From: Hypanus sabinus
Lineage: Eukaryota
NCBI RefSeq assembly: GCF_030144855.1
Contig: NC_082710.1
Location: 174,778,001 to 174,842,000 of the forward strand
Direction of reading: 5' to 3'
Length of the DNA: 64,000 nucleotides
Part shown: positions 1-12,119 of the stretch, in pieces
How the letters are laid out: each line of letters opens with the position of its first letter
Numbering within the stretch: the stretch's first letter is position 1
Program-made: the position numbers and the translations under genes
Notes under the pieces: generated by a model
Told to the model about the DNA's origin: nothing
The model's input: only the letters and a program-made list of their open reading frames with translations
The model's database searches: none

Positions 1-225
1 TCTTTCTGAGCCTTTTGATATTGAATAGTGTTCGTTGAGATTCCTCCCTCAGTGTTCTGAACTCCAGCATGTATAGGCCCAGAGCTATACTCCAACCCTT
101 TCACCACCAGCAGCATTCTTGTGAATCTCTGCTGGACCCTTTCCAACGCCAGCACAACCTTTCTTTGATAAGCAGTCCAAAAATGGTCACTATAGTCTAA
201 ATGCAGTCTGAACAATGCCAATGAA
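1..225 (-). mobile_element. CR1-type LINE 3' fragment (degenerate)
   Basis: Resembles the C-terminal RT region of the clearer CR1 copy at 42296-42800 (gtgaatctctgctggaccctttccaac...tccaaaa...cactatagtctaaatgcagtct); boundaries approximate. Confidence 0.55.
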
Positions 226-439
226 ATGTTGGTTCACCATCTTTCAGGGAGGTTTCTACTATCCTTTGTGAGGGATGATTTCTGACAATCCTGAACAGCT
301 TGATTTAGGCCCATTTTCCAGACAATCCCTCTCCAGAACCACACACAGCAGGTTGCCTCGCAACCTACCCGATCAATCAGATCTTTTAACCATCTTAAAA
401 GACTTCAGATTTGATTAAACTTTAACCATTGACAGAGCT

Positions 440-1010
440 TCATGTTCCTTGGAGTCGTGGTCCAACTGCACTGATGTCACAGCCAAGAAAGCTCATCAGC
501 TCCTCGAGCGGCTAAAGAAATTCGACATGCCACCATCGACTCTCACCAGTTTTCATTGCTTAGTATGGCAACTGATCTGCATGTGATCACAAGAAACCAC
601 AGATGGTATTGAACACAGCTCAGCATATCATGGAAACCAGCTATCTACCCCCCCACCCCCATATTGACTGTCTACACTCCTCGCTGCCTCAGTAAAGCAG
701 CCAGCACAATCAAGGACTCCACCCACCCATCTCTCATCTGCCTCTCCCATTGGGCAGAAGGTACATGCCTGGAAGCATGTAGCACCAAGCTCAGAAACAG
801 CTTCTATTCCCATTATCAGACACAATAAGATGAACTCTTGGCCTCACAATCCACCTCATTATGATCTTGCACTATCATTAACTTGCACTGCACTTTTTCT
901 TATGTTTTATTCTGCAATATGATCGAATACTTATTCTACCTCAAAGATTTGATCTGTATGAACAGTACACAAGACAAGCTTTCAACTATTTCAAATGACA
1001 ATTATAAACC
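440..1010 (+). mobile_element. Rex1/Babar-like LINE 3' fragment (degenerate)
   Basis: gccaagaaagctcatcagc...ctaaagaaattc and agcacaatcaaggactccacccaccc...aacagcttctattcc resemble the Rex1 C-terminal segments (KKAQQ..LKKF, IKDP.HP) of the copy at 19330-20310. Confidence 0.55.
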
Positions 1011-1522
1011 AATTCCAATACAAAAATAACCTCAGCTAGTTACCATTTGCTTTTCACTAGGTCCATCCCAAAAATAAGAGCTCAGTTCAGAAAACAGATC
1101 CCACCATGCACCACCAGACTCCAGCATTGTTTCTATCCCGGTCATGAGACTCATGAATGGTACCCTTGGCAAGGCTCCTGCATCTTATTTGTCTACCAGC
1201 ACCATGCTTTCTCTGTAACTGTTACCATACTCTGCAATGCTTTCCCTAGCTCAGTATGTATGGAATGATTAGTATGTATAGTATACAAAACACTGCATCT
1301 CAGTACACGAGACAATAATATTGAACTCTCAGAACTCTCTCCCTGAAAGCAGAAAGTGCTTAGCCATGACAACTTGACTTTAAAAGTTGGAGAGACACAG
1401 GAAATATTTAAGAAAGACATCAAATCAAAGACAAGATGTATAAGGAGAAGTGAGACTAAAGACATTAGTAGGAATAGTCTGCATTCTGCTACAATCAGAG
1501 GCAAACCAAATGGTGCACTCAC

Positions 1523-1590
1523 CTCAGATCATTCTTCAGTTCCACCACCACATCTTTCCCAACAAGAGATTTGAAAAATGAATAAAATAA
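1523..1590 (-). CDS. LSM2: U6 snRNA-associated Sm-like protein LSm2, coding exon 2 (68 nt)
   Basis: Minus strand reads ttttgttttag|TTATTTTATTCATTTTTCAAATCTCTTGTTGGGAAAGATGTGGTGGTGGAACTGAAGAATGATCTGAG|gtgagt = LFYSFFKSLVGKDVVVELKNDL(S), the LSm2 N-terminus, with canonical splice sites. No later exon recognised in 1-1522; presumably left of the window. Confidence 0.95.
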
Positions 1591-2269
1591 CTAAAACAAA
1601 AAAAAAAGATTAATAATGAGCCAAAGCACTCTTCAAAGGTGTTGAAAATTAGCAAAGTACAATTCATCCTGGGAATGTTTTGAGCTGCTGCTGGGACTTG
1701 AAACTCAGTGAGAAGATAGTGGGTTGAGACCTGCTCCTCCCAGTTTACAGACACCTTACACATATGAACAGATTGACAATTTAGCTCAAGGATGGGCTGG
1801 TCTATTGTCAGGAGGTTGGACGTGGACAGAGCATTACACCAAAACCTTGATCTGAGACGGCTGTCCTCAAGAGAAACCAGGCAGTTTGGGTCTCCATTTC
1901 CTGGAACTTAGAAGAATGAAGGGTGAACTGAACCATACCAAGACGGCATGGTAGCGTAGTGTTTAGCAAAACAGTTTACAGGGTCAGCAAAGGAGACTCA
2001 TTTCCCAACACAAGGAGTCTGCATGTTCTACTCATAACCATATGTCCTTCTTCCATCATTTCAAAGAGATACAGATTAGTAAGCTACAGTGCATGCTACA
2101 CTGGAGCCACAAATATGGGGACACTTGTGGGATGACCCCATCACACAGTCATAGAGCACTATAGCACAAAAACAGGTACTTTGGCCCCACTTGTCCTTGC
2201 CAAACTGCTATTCTGCCAAATCCCATCGACCCTTAACCAGACCATAGCCCTCCATACCCATAGCTTGAC

Positions 2270-3035
2270 GCTGATACAAAGATAGGTGGAGGGGTAGGTA
2301 GTGCTGAGGAAGCAATGCGACTGCAGCAGGACTTAAGACAAATTTGAAAAATGAGCAAAAATATGGCAGTTGGAATATGGTGTTGGGAAATATGATAATG
2401 CATTTTGGTAAAAGGAACAATAGTGTGGATTATTATCTAAATGGGGAGAAAATTCAAACAGAAGTACAAAGGGACTTGGGAGACCTCATGCAAGACTCCC
2501 AAGGTTAATTCAGAGGCTGAGTCTGTGATAAAGAAGGCAAATGCAATGTTGGCAATTATTTCAATGGGAATAGAATATAAAAGTGAGATAATGCTGAAGC
2601 TTTATAAGACACTAGTCATGCCGCACTTCATTGTCAACAGTTTCAGAATGCAGAGGAATCTCATTGAAACCTACCGAATGTTAAAGGGTCTAGATAGGAT
2701 GGACGTGGAGAGGATGCTTCCTCTGGTGGGAATATCCAGAACTAGAGGGTGCAGCTTCAAAATTGAGGGGCAACCTTTTAGAACAGAACAAAGGAGAAAC
2801 TTTCAGCCAAAGAGTGGAATACTCTGCCACAGACTCATGGGTATATTTAATTGTAAGTTGATAGATTCCTGATCGGTCAGGGAATCCTGGGATATGATGA
2901 GAGGGCAGATTCCTGATCGGTCAGGGAATCCAGGGATATGGTGAGAAGGCAGATATACGGGGTTGAATGGGATACAGGATCAGCTATAATGAAATAGCAG
3001 AGCAAATTCAATGAGCTGAATGGCCTCATGTCTTG
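2270..3035 (+). mobile_element. CR1-type LINE 3' portion with internal deletions (LSM2 intron 1)
   Basis: ORF 2441-2872 has KKANAMLAIISMGIEYKSEIMLKLYKTLV.PH...LIETYRMLKGLDRMDVERM...SRTRG; a ~44-bp tandem duplication lies at ~2864-2953. Confidence 0.8.
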
Positions 3036-3714
3036 TATGTAGAATTTTTTTTTAAATGCATGGCTTGCATCAACCACCAAAGTCTGAGATGTGCTAGGAC
3101 AGCCCGCAAATGTCTCCATGCTTGCGGGACCAACGCAGCATGCTGCAGCACACTGTTGTTTTTGAATGTGGGAAGAAAGCAGGACATTCGGAGGAAACCC
3201 ACACAGTCACCAGAACATACAGCAACTGGAATACAAACATACAAACCACCAGTTTACACCTACAGTAAACTACTTCAGTAAAATAATAGATAATCAATTA
3301 GATAAGACCTCTAGTGTACATAGGAGCAGTGAATTGCAAAACGGCAGAGTGCTGCTGCAGGTAACACTGCCACCTTCAAGTTCTGCCAGCCCAGATTTGA
3401 AGCTGCCGTCCAGAGAAACATGAGAATTCACAAATTCTCCATTACGGAATGGGTTCCACTTGTGCTCCTGATTCCTGCTGAGGACATGCTATCTGCTAGA
3501 GTCATTAGATGTGAACTGGCCATCCTGCAAGCTATGGTCTTGGCTACGTTTTTCCTCTTGCTGTAATACAACTCAACTCTACACATTTCACACTCCTAAT
3601 GCACCACATTGATGGTCACTTATCCTCCTGTAACCCCAGACACACCTTAGCACATATTCCTTTCACCCTTTCCACCCCTCTTCCTCCCCAAACTTCTCCA
3701 CAACTTAAAACTAC

Positions 3715-4275
3715 ATAGTTTAGCCCCATGAGACAGAATTGGCTCAGCAGGACTGCTCCTCCATCTTATTATGGCCAAGGTATTTTTCCCCAACACCATT
3801 CTCCTGCCTTCTTTGTAATCTTCGACGCCTCTACTAATCAAAAACCTGTCAACATCCACTTTAAATACACCCAGTAACTAGGTCTCCACAACAGTCTGTG
3901 GCAATAAATTCCACAGTTCACCAGTGTCTAGCTAAAGAAATATCTCATCTCTGTTCGAAAGGGAGGGCCTTCTATTCTGAGGCTGTGCCCTCTAGTCCTA
4001 CTATTGGAAATATCCTCTCTACATCCACCCTTTTTTGTTCTTTTAAACAGGAGTGAGTGTGGGCCCAGAGCTACCAAATATTCCTCATACGTTAAGTCTT
4101 TGATTTCTGGGATATTCTCATGAATCTCTGGACCATCTCCAATACAAGCATATCCTCTCTTAGATAAACGGTCCAAACCTGCTCCCAACACTCCAAATAC
4201 AGTTTGACCAATGACTTAGAAAGCCTCAGCATTACGCCCTGGCTTCTACATTCCAGTCCTCTCAGAATGAATGCT
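3715..4275 (-). mobile_element. CR1-type LINE 3' fragment
   Basis: ORF 3928-4191 contains LTYEEYLVALG..SL...SRTRGHSLRIEGPPFRTEMR.FFS, typical CR1 ORF2 C-terminus. Confidence 0.75.
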
Positions 4276-4599
4276 GTGACTCCAGTGTTTGTTAAGAGCT
4301 ACATTCTGGATATTTGCATAGGATCATTCATATCCATTTGAATAAACACATTACAGAGTCTTTCATCCAAAACATTAGCCTTGCTTCTCTCTCCACTAAT
4401 AGTGCCTGACCCAAGTACCTGATGCATTTTCAGATGGAATGGCTGGGTAGGAGACTGACGAAGTGCATTCACAAAACAAGTTAAAAGGAGAATTAAAGTG
4501 GGATAACTAGGATTGACTTGAGCATTGGCATGGACCAATAATGACACACAAGTACTTTTTTTTGCCTTTTGAATTATTTTCAATGCAAGCAGAGCTACA

Positions 4600-5135
4600 A
4601 ACTTGGAGTAATGCATTCAATTTTAGTCACCCTATTACAGGAGGATATAGAGGATGTTTAGAAGAGGTTTACCTGGACGAGGCCTGGATTAGCAGGCAGG
4701 TACTACAAGGAGAAGTTTAACAAACCTCAGTCGTTTTTGTTGGAGAAGCACAGAATGAGGCGAGTCCCGACAATATAAGTTTATGAGATTTTGAAAGGCA
4801 ACGTAGACAGCTGGTATCCATTCCCTAAGGTAGAAACTGGATTGAAAGTGGCCGAGAGGTGGGGGACAAGTTCAAATGAAATGTACGGGGCTAGTCTCAC
4901 CCCACCTCCAAAACACAAAGTGGTTTGTGCCTGAAATGCGCTGCCTGGGGTGTTTGTGGAGGCAAATACAACCTAAGTATTTACGAGGCTCTTAGAGGTA
5001 CATGGATGTGCCGAAAATGGAGGGACGTGGACATTGTGCAAACAGAAATTATTAATTAGTTACAGTTAAATACTGATTTAACTAGTTCGACTCAACATCG
5101 TGGGCTGAAGGGCCTACTCCTGTACTATACTGTGC
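4600..5135 (+). mobile_element. CR1-type LINE 3' fragment (old)
   Basis: ttggagtaatgcattcaattttagtcaccctattacaggaggat (LEYC.QFWSP.Y.KD-like) and 3' UTR gtgggctgaagggcctactcctgtac. Confidence 0.6.
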
Positions 5136-5345
5136 AGAGTGGAATATGAAGCACTGCAGAGCAACTTTTGCAATAATCGGCTGCGAGGCAAGAGCCCGGG
5201 CCTGCAGGAAAGTCCGAGGCTCCAGAGAGGCCTTCCCCACGAAGGCGAAAGAGACTGGCCCCTTCTGGATGCGTCCGACCCTCCCCCAGCCCTGGGACTT
5301 CAGCTGTGAACAACGCCCGGGATCAGAAGCCCCCCAGTCACTCAC

Positions 5346-5348
5346 CAT
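5346..5348 (-). CDS. LSM2: LSM2 coding exon 1 (start codon only, followed directly by intron 1)
   Basis: Minus strand ggagccgccATG|gtgagt: strong Kozak context plus consensus donor in a CpG-rich stretch; splices in frame to exon 2 to give MLFYSFFKSLVGKD... Confidence 0.88.
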
Positions 5349-5437
5349 GGCGGCTCCTGATTCAAACTGCAAATGATTGACGCACCTCTCGCCCGGGTGA
5401 ACTCGTTCTCGCGAGAATTTATCAAGATTCCCCGCCC
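5349..5437 (-). promoter_or_regulatory. LSM2 5' UTR and CpG promoter with palindromic TCTCGCGAGA (BANP/ZBTB33-type) motif and GC box
   Basis: ttctcgcgagaa at 5406-5417; cccgccc at 5431-5437; truncated by the gap. Confidence 0.75.
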
Positions 5438-6124
5438 NNNNNNNNNNNNNNNNNNNNNNNNNNNNNNNNNNNNNNNNNNNNNNNNNNNNNNNNNNNNNNN
5501 NNNNNNNNNNNNNNNNNNNNNNNNNNNNNNNNNNNNNNNNNNNNNNNNNNNNNNNNNNNNNNNNNNNNNNNNNNNNNNNNNNNNNNNNNNNNNNNNNNNN
5601 NNNNNNNNNNNNNNNNNNNNNNNNNNNNNNNNNNNNNNNNNNNNNNNNNNNNNNNNNNNNNNNNNNNNNNNNNNNNNNNNNNNNNNNNNNNNNNNNNNNN
5701 NNNNNNNNNNNNNNNNNNNNNNNNNNNNNNNNNNNNNNNNNNNNNNNNNNNNNNNNNNNNNNNNNNNNNNNNNNNNNNNNNNNNNNNNNNNNNNNNNNNN
5801 NNNNNNNNNNNNNNNNNNNNNNNNNNNNNNNNNNNNNNNNNNNNNNNNNNNNNNNNNNNNNNNNNNNNNNNNNNNNNNNNNNNNNNNNNNNNNNNNNNNN
5901 NNNNNNNNNNNNNNNNNNNNNNNNNNNNNNNNNNNNNNNNNNNNNNNNNNNNNNNNNNNNNNNNNNNNNNNNNNNNNNNNNNNNNNNNNNNNNNNNNNNN
6001 NNNNNNNNNNNNNNNNNNNNNNNNNNNNNNNNNNNNNNNNNNNNNNNNNNNNNNNNNNNNNNNNNNNNNNNNNNNNNNNNNNNNNNNNNNNNNNNNNNNN
6101 NNNNNNNNNNNNNNNNNNNNNNNN
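5438..6124. other. Assembly gap (N run)
   Basis: Run of N. Confidence 1.
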
Positions 6125-6384
6125 TACTTTGAAACTAAACGTTTTGCATCGGATCAATACACATTTCTAAATCAGCTTTATTATCACCGGCATATGTCGT
6201 GAACTTTCTTAACTCAGCGCATCGATACATCAAGACGGTGCAAGGGAAACAATAAAAGAATGTAATCATGTGTTGTAACAATAAAAGAATGTCAGAATGT
6301 GTAGGGCAGGCAGGCAGGCAATAAGGTACAATGCCTTAACGGGGGAGAATGCAAGGACCAGATGCTTGCTATCGTACAAGGGGA

Positions 6385-6915
6385 TTCTGTAGACTCGGCA
6401 CGTCACCGAAAACATTGACAAAGCTTCCACAGATGCACAGTGGAGATTTATTGCATCACGGCTTGGAATGGAAACACCAATGCCGAGGAACAAAAAAGAC
6501 TACCGAAAAAGGCGGACATGGCCCAGCTGTATTACCAGCAACGCCCTCCCCACCATTGAGTATAATTACATGAAGCGCTGCCACAGGAAAGCAGCTTCTG
6601 TCGTCAGAGGCTCGCCCCACCACCTCCTCCATCCAGGCCATGCTGTCTTCTTGCTCTATCATTGGGCCCACATCACCGGGTTCAGAAACAACCCTCAGCC
6701 TGGATAACTGCACTCACCACAACTCTGAGCTGATTTTACTACCTGCAGACTCACTTTCAAGGACTGTACAACTCGAGTTCCTTTATTGTTTGCTCAGTTT
6801 GTCTTCTGTACATTGAAGTTTATTTCTGTAGATTCTATCGTACTTATTTATTTTTCATGTAAATGCCCGATAGTATATAGTAACATGTACATACTTTGTT
6901 AATAAATTTGCTTTG
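6385..6915 (+). mobile_element. Rex1/Babar-like LINE 3' fragment
   Basis: ttccacagatgcacagtggag...ttgcatcacggcttggaatgg...aaagcagcttctgtcgtcagagg...catccaggccatgctgtcttc resembles Rex1 RT C-terminus; ends near aataaa. Confidence 0.6.
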
Positions 6916-7399
6916 AAGGGAACCTTCGAATAGATTTGTAACAGCAGAATAGAAACTGTCCCTGAGCATGATGGGACATCATTTCAGCTTGGTACCCATC
7001 ATAAACAGCATTGAGGCCTGTTATTTTTAAGTAAAATATAAATTATACACAACATTTACAAGAAAGATCACAAATACTCCTGATGCTGAGTTTCAACTGG
7101 AAACATCTGAAGCATCGACTCTTCTTTTCCTCCCACAGACGCTGATCGACCAGTTGAGTTCCTCCAGCAGATAAGTTATTGCTCCAGATTCCGGTGTCTC
7201 TGGGCTGGAAGAACTCACTGGGCCAGGCCGTCACTACTGGGGGGAAATGGTCAATAGACATGTGGGATCCGGACCGCAGATCGGAATGGCCAGGGGGCTG
7301 CCAGAACTGCTGGAGATGTCAGATATTTCGGAGACACGGGAGATTGCAGAGCTGGGATCGACAGCAACACAAAAGATGCTTGGGAACTCAGCGGGCCGG

Positions 7400-7530
7400 A
7401 CAGGCACAGTGGCTCAGCCAGTAGAGCTGTTACATCATAGCTCACTGCAACCTGTGTTCGATCCTGACCTCTGTGGTGTTGTTTGTGGGTCCATCTCCCT
7501 GTGGCTTGTCCCAGCACCTCCATTTTCCTC
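7400..7530 (+). mobile_element. tRNA-derived SINE head (degenerate)
   Basis: A-box-like gtggctcagccagtagagc and B-box-like gtgttcgatcc. Confidence 0.5.
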
Positions 7531-7863
7531 TTGAGCTCTAGATAGGTGCCAGTTGGTAGATTAGTTGGAGAAGGAACAAAGAATCGGGTTCTTCCACTAT
7601 TGGAGAGGGAGGGGCCAGGATTGGTGAGGAAGCTTCTCAATTACTGTAGTGGTGAGCCACACCAGGGGGCCACATGGCCATATGAGCAGCAGCTCATGAA
7701 ATGTAATGGAACAGTACTGAAAACATTAACTATGTATGAATGAATGAAAAGATATGGCACTGTTTATTATTCTAAATAATTTTTATTATGAATAAAGTTT
7801 CTTCTGATAATTTTTAAAAAGTCGGCAGATTAATGGGTCACTATAAATTTCCGCTATAGCCAG

Positions 7864-7992
7864 GGCAGGTGGTGTAGTGGCATCATTACCGGACTTTGAG
7901 GTGAATGGTCCCAAGTTCGAACCTGGCCAGCCCCTTGCACGCTTTCCAGCCGTGCTGGGGCGAGCGTTGAGGTAGCAACTCTGCCTTATAAA
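7864..7992 (+). mobile_element. tRNA-derived SINE (5' part)
   Basis: Pol III A box TGGTGTAGTGG and B box GTTCGAACC, followed by a non-tRNA body. Confidence 0.6.
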
Positions 7993-8333
7993 GTTCGAGA
8001 GAGTTGAGGGGAAGTGGGAAGAATAACATGGAATAAGCAGAGGAATAGTGTAGCTGGTTCCCCCTTAGGCAACACTGTCTCTGGACTAAAGGACCTGTTC
8101 CTATGCTGTGGGACATGGACTCTACACGGACTAGAGAAAGCTATTGTAATGTAATAGCAAATTAGCCAGCGGCTCACAACCCCCGTAAATTTACATAGTA
8201 GCCATCAGACAGAAAAACGGAGACATATATGAACTTGGTAGGGCAACTGCTCTGCTCAAGACGGAGGATGAGAGGTGTATAAGATGATGAGAGGCATTGT
8301 TCACATGGATAACCAGAGATGAGCAGTGACCTG

Positions 8334-8547
8334 TGTGGTGAACTATGTGCCTGTCTGGACACGCCCCCTGCTGACTGCTCCTGTGGCTCCTCCCACAGGC
8401 CCCTGTATAAAGGAGATCTGCGGCCTGACGCTCGGCCTCAGTCTCCAGTACATAGTATGATGGACACTCACTCCTGGTTCCTTCTTCCAGTCAATAAAAG
8501 CCGATATCACGCCTTATGTCTCAGTGTGAGTTATTGATGGTGCATCA
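8334..8547 (+). mobile_element. Solo LTR (214 bp) inserted in a CR1 fragment
   Basis: TG...CA termini, 5-bp target-site duplication ACCTG (8329-8333 / 8548-8552), internal TATAAA and AATAAA. Confidence 0.85.
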
Positions 8548-8763
8548 ACCTGATAGAGGAGTATAAGATGATGAGAGGCATTGATCGTGTGGACAGTCAG
8601 ATGCTTATTTCCCAGGGCTGAAGTGACTAACACGAGAGGGCACACTGCCACCTTGTGGTGATGGTGGAAATGGGACCGGCTGTTGATTACCAATCAAAAG
8701 TTTGGCCACAACTGGAGAAAATTTAGAAATCGAGGTGATTCCTCTTTGGACGGAGTCACACAT

Positions 8764-10646
8764 TCAGTCAACCTTCTCGGATGTTTGCCCAGCTGTGGTA
8801 TTTTTCTGGCATGCCTTGATGATAGAGTTTCCTTATATCTGGGCTCCATATCTTCTGAAGCTCCTTCAACTGGTACTGAAATTCTTCCTTCTCTGCCATC
8901 TGATTGTCTTCCAATCAGGAGATGGTGTGATTCCACTTTTTGGAAGCTTTGTTCTTCTCTTCCTCACTGATCGTGCCCCTCACCATCCACTGAGCGTTTG
9001 ATGTGGAAAGTGTAGCACTCGAGGGAGTTCTTGCTGCCAATCCGTTCACGTTGCTGTTTGTCTTTGGCTTTATATTTTTTGGCCTCCTGCACCATCCTGT
9101 CAATTTCCTCCTTACTCAGCCTGCCCTTGTCGTTGGTGATGGTGATCTTGTTTGTTTTCCCAGTGCTCTTGTCGACAGCAGAGACATTGAGGATGCCATT
9201 GGCGTCAATATCGAAGGTCACCTCAATCTGGGGTACGCCACGAGGAGCGGGAGGGATGCCACTCAACTCAAACTTGCCCAGAAGGTTGTTGTCCTTGGTC
9301 ATGGCTCTCTCGCCTTCATACACCTGAATAAGGACACCAGGCTGGTTATCGGAGTAGATGCTGAAGATCTGGGTCTCTTGGTGGGGATGGTGGTGTTCCG
9401 CTTGATAAGGGTGGTCATGACTCCACCTGTCGTCTCCAGCCCCAACGACAGAGCAGCAACATCCAGGAGTAGCAGATCCTGAACATTCTCCGACTTGTCC
9501 CCCATCAGAATGGCCGCCTGGACAGCTGCCCCATAGGCCACGGCCTCATCGGGGTTGATGCTCTTGTTCAGCTCCCTACCGTTGAAGAAATCTTGCAGCA
9601 GCTTCTGGATCTTGGGGATGCGGGTGGAGCCTCCGACCAGGACAATCTCATGGATCTGGGATTTGTCCAGCTTGGCATCTCTCAGGGCTTTCTCCACTGT
9701 CTCCAGAGTGCCCCTGAACAGGTCAGAGTTCAGCTCCTCAAACCGAGCCCTGGTGATTGAGGTGTAGAAGTCAATGCCCTCAAATAGAGCATCAACCTCA
9801 ATACTGGCTCGGGTGCTGGAAGACAGGGTTCTCTTTGCTCTCTCGCAGGCCGTCCGCAGCCTCCTCACCGCTCTCTTGTTCTGGCTGATGTCCTTCTTGT
9901 ATTTCCGCTTGAACTCCTCAATGAAGTGATTGACCATGCGGTTGTCAAAGTCCTCTCCTCCCAGGTGGGTATCACCGGCTGTCGATTTCACTTCAAAGAT
10001 CCCGTCATCAATGGAGAGAATGGAGACGTCGAAGGTGCCACCACCCAGGTCAAAGATGAGAACATTATGCTCCCCTTTGCCTTTCTTGTCCAGCCCATAG
10101 GCAATGGCAGCTGCTGTCGGTTCATTGATGACACGCAGGACATTGAGACCCGCTATCACACCAGCATCTTTGGTTGCCTGGCGCTGGGAGTCATTGAAAT
10201 AGGCAGGAACAGTAACGACAGCGTTGGTGACATTGTGGCCGAGATAAGCCTCAGCAATCTCCTTCATCTTGGTCAGCACCATGGAGGAGATTTCCTCTGG
10301 GTAAAAGGTCTTGTTCTCCCCCTTGGGCCACCTTCACCTTGGGCTTCCCTCCGTCACTCACCACCTGGAAGGGCCAGTGCTTCATGTCAGACTGCACCGT
10401 CGGGTCATCAAACCTCCTCCCGATGAGCCGCTTGGCATCAAAGATGGTGTTGGCGGGGTTCATTGCCACTTGGTTCTTGGCCGCATCGCCGACGAGCCTC
10501 TCGGTGTCGTTGAAGGCCACATAGCTGGGGGTGGTGTGGTTACCCTGGTCGTTGGCGATGATCTCCACCTTGCCATGCTAGAATGCCCCAACACGGGAGT
10601 AGGTGGTGCCCAGGTCAATGCCAATGGCCGTTCTCTTACTCGCCAT
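8764..10646 (-). pseudogene. hsp70: HSP70 pseudogene (copy A), intronless
   Basis: Starts [22 protein letters not shown] (TAG at 10578-10580); frameshifts near 10327 (2-nt loss) and 9377 (1-nt loss) relative to intact copies; degenerate lid ending in an EKVD* remnant at 8764. Confidence 0.93.
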
Positions 10647-10699
10647 TCTCACAGGACCTCTTTTACTGTCCGTAGCACAGCCTCAACTCCTTGCTTGTC

Positions 10700-10900
10700 T
10701 TTGCTCCTCAGCCTCTTATTTACAGGTTGCGTCTGGACCAGAACTCGCACGCCTGATTGGCTATTAAGCGGTCCAGTAATCAGTGCCCAAAATACGCTTT
10801 GGCCAATGACGTTCTGCGTCAGCGGAGTGTGACAGCAGCATTATATGTCAGTGTATTCCGTCATTTGGCGCAAACCTGTGTCTTCTGTTGATGACGTAAA
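10700..10900 (-). promoter_or_regulatory. Putative promoter of HSP70 copy A (TATA-like, two CCAAT, CRE-like; no clear HSE)
   Basis: taaataag near 10715-10722 (minus), attgg 10756-10760, ccaat 10803-10807, tgacgtaa near 10892. Confidence 0.45.
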
Positions 10901-11419
10901 TCCCTCAAGGAACCTTGGTATCAAACATGTCTTGGATGGCACGAGTTCAATCTGAAATTTGAAACCTACCTGAAGCCGATGAGTTTCTACATTTATTTGC
11001 CACTGCTACTTGTCTGTTGTTAAAAATAAGCCTCGGGCTGGCAATGGATCATTGTGTTTGCACCATTATTGCGTTATGTCTGTCTGGCTTTGCGTTGTGC
11101 CAATAGCATTTGCTTTGGTGTTTCTGGACAGCAAAGAGTAAAAGTTTTAAACAGATCTCTGAATAAAACATGTGTTAACGACACCTAAAAAAGGAGAGCT
11201 GCTGTATGGTGGCCCAAACACCTGTTCCCAATCTGAATCCTGAAGTAATTGGCACAGGAGAAGGTCACGCAGTTCCTGAAACCTCGCTGCCTTTCCATAT
11301 CAATTCCACTTTCCAGTTTCAACTCCAATTCCTGGATTACACTGTATTCCAAAACCAGAATCACTGGCACATGCCATGAAAGTCATTTTGTGGCAGCAAT
11401 GCATTATAACTTTTAGAAA

Positions 11420-11700
11420 CTATAAATTACAGTAAGAAATATATATATAAATTAATAGTGAGTGCATTGTCCATTCAGAAATCTGATGGCTGAGGGAATA
11501 TGCTCGTCTGCAAAATGTTGAGTGTGTGTCTTCAGGCTCCTGTAACTCCTCCTTGATGGTCGTAATGAGAAGAGGGCATGTTTTGGGTGATCGGGGTCTT
11601 TAATGATAGATGCTGTGTTCCTGAGGTATTGCCCTGTGCCCATGATGGAGCCAGCTGAGTTTACAACTTCCTGCAGTTTCTTTTCTGCTCCTGTACCAGA
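11420..11700 (-). mobile_element. Rex1/Babar-like LINE 3' fragment
   Basis: ORF 11452-11754: KKLQEVVNSAGSIMGT...ASIIKDPDHPKHALFSLRPSRRSYRSLKT...IPSAIRFLN. Confidence 0.75.
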
Positions 11701-12119
11701 CGGCGAAGTTATAAACCAGATTAAATCAATTGTACCCGTGCTATTAGTCCACACAACAACTGAACACCCACCCTGCTTCTGGAATAGAAAATTCCATACA
11801 TTGGCATTGGTCTAAACAAAGTACTGGCTCCTGATCTCACCCCTAAAATTCCTACCCCCATTTCCCTAGCCATGCTCGTACTAACATGAAGGGCACAATT
11901 TAAAGGTGCTTGGAAGTAGGTGTAAGGGGGGGGAAATAGAGGGCTATGCGGTAGGGAAACTCTAGGCAGTTTCCAGACTAGGTTACATGGTTGACACAAC
12001 ATTGTGGGCCGAAGGGCCTGTAATGTGCTGTAGATTTCTATGTTCTATGCACCAGATGCTAAAGCCAAGAAAATCAACAGTCTTCTTTTTGGCATCTTCA
12101 GAATTATACAACTTTAAAC

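Noticed and set aside
5342-6170. 271-aa and 265-aa ORFs
   Set aside because: Artefacts of translating through the N gap
7864-7940. tRNA gene
   Set aside because: A and B boxes present but no convincing acceptor stem or T-run terminator; continues into a SINE-like body
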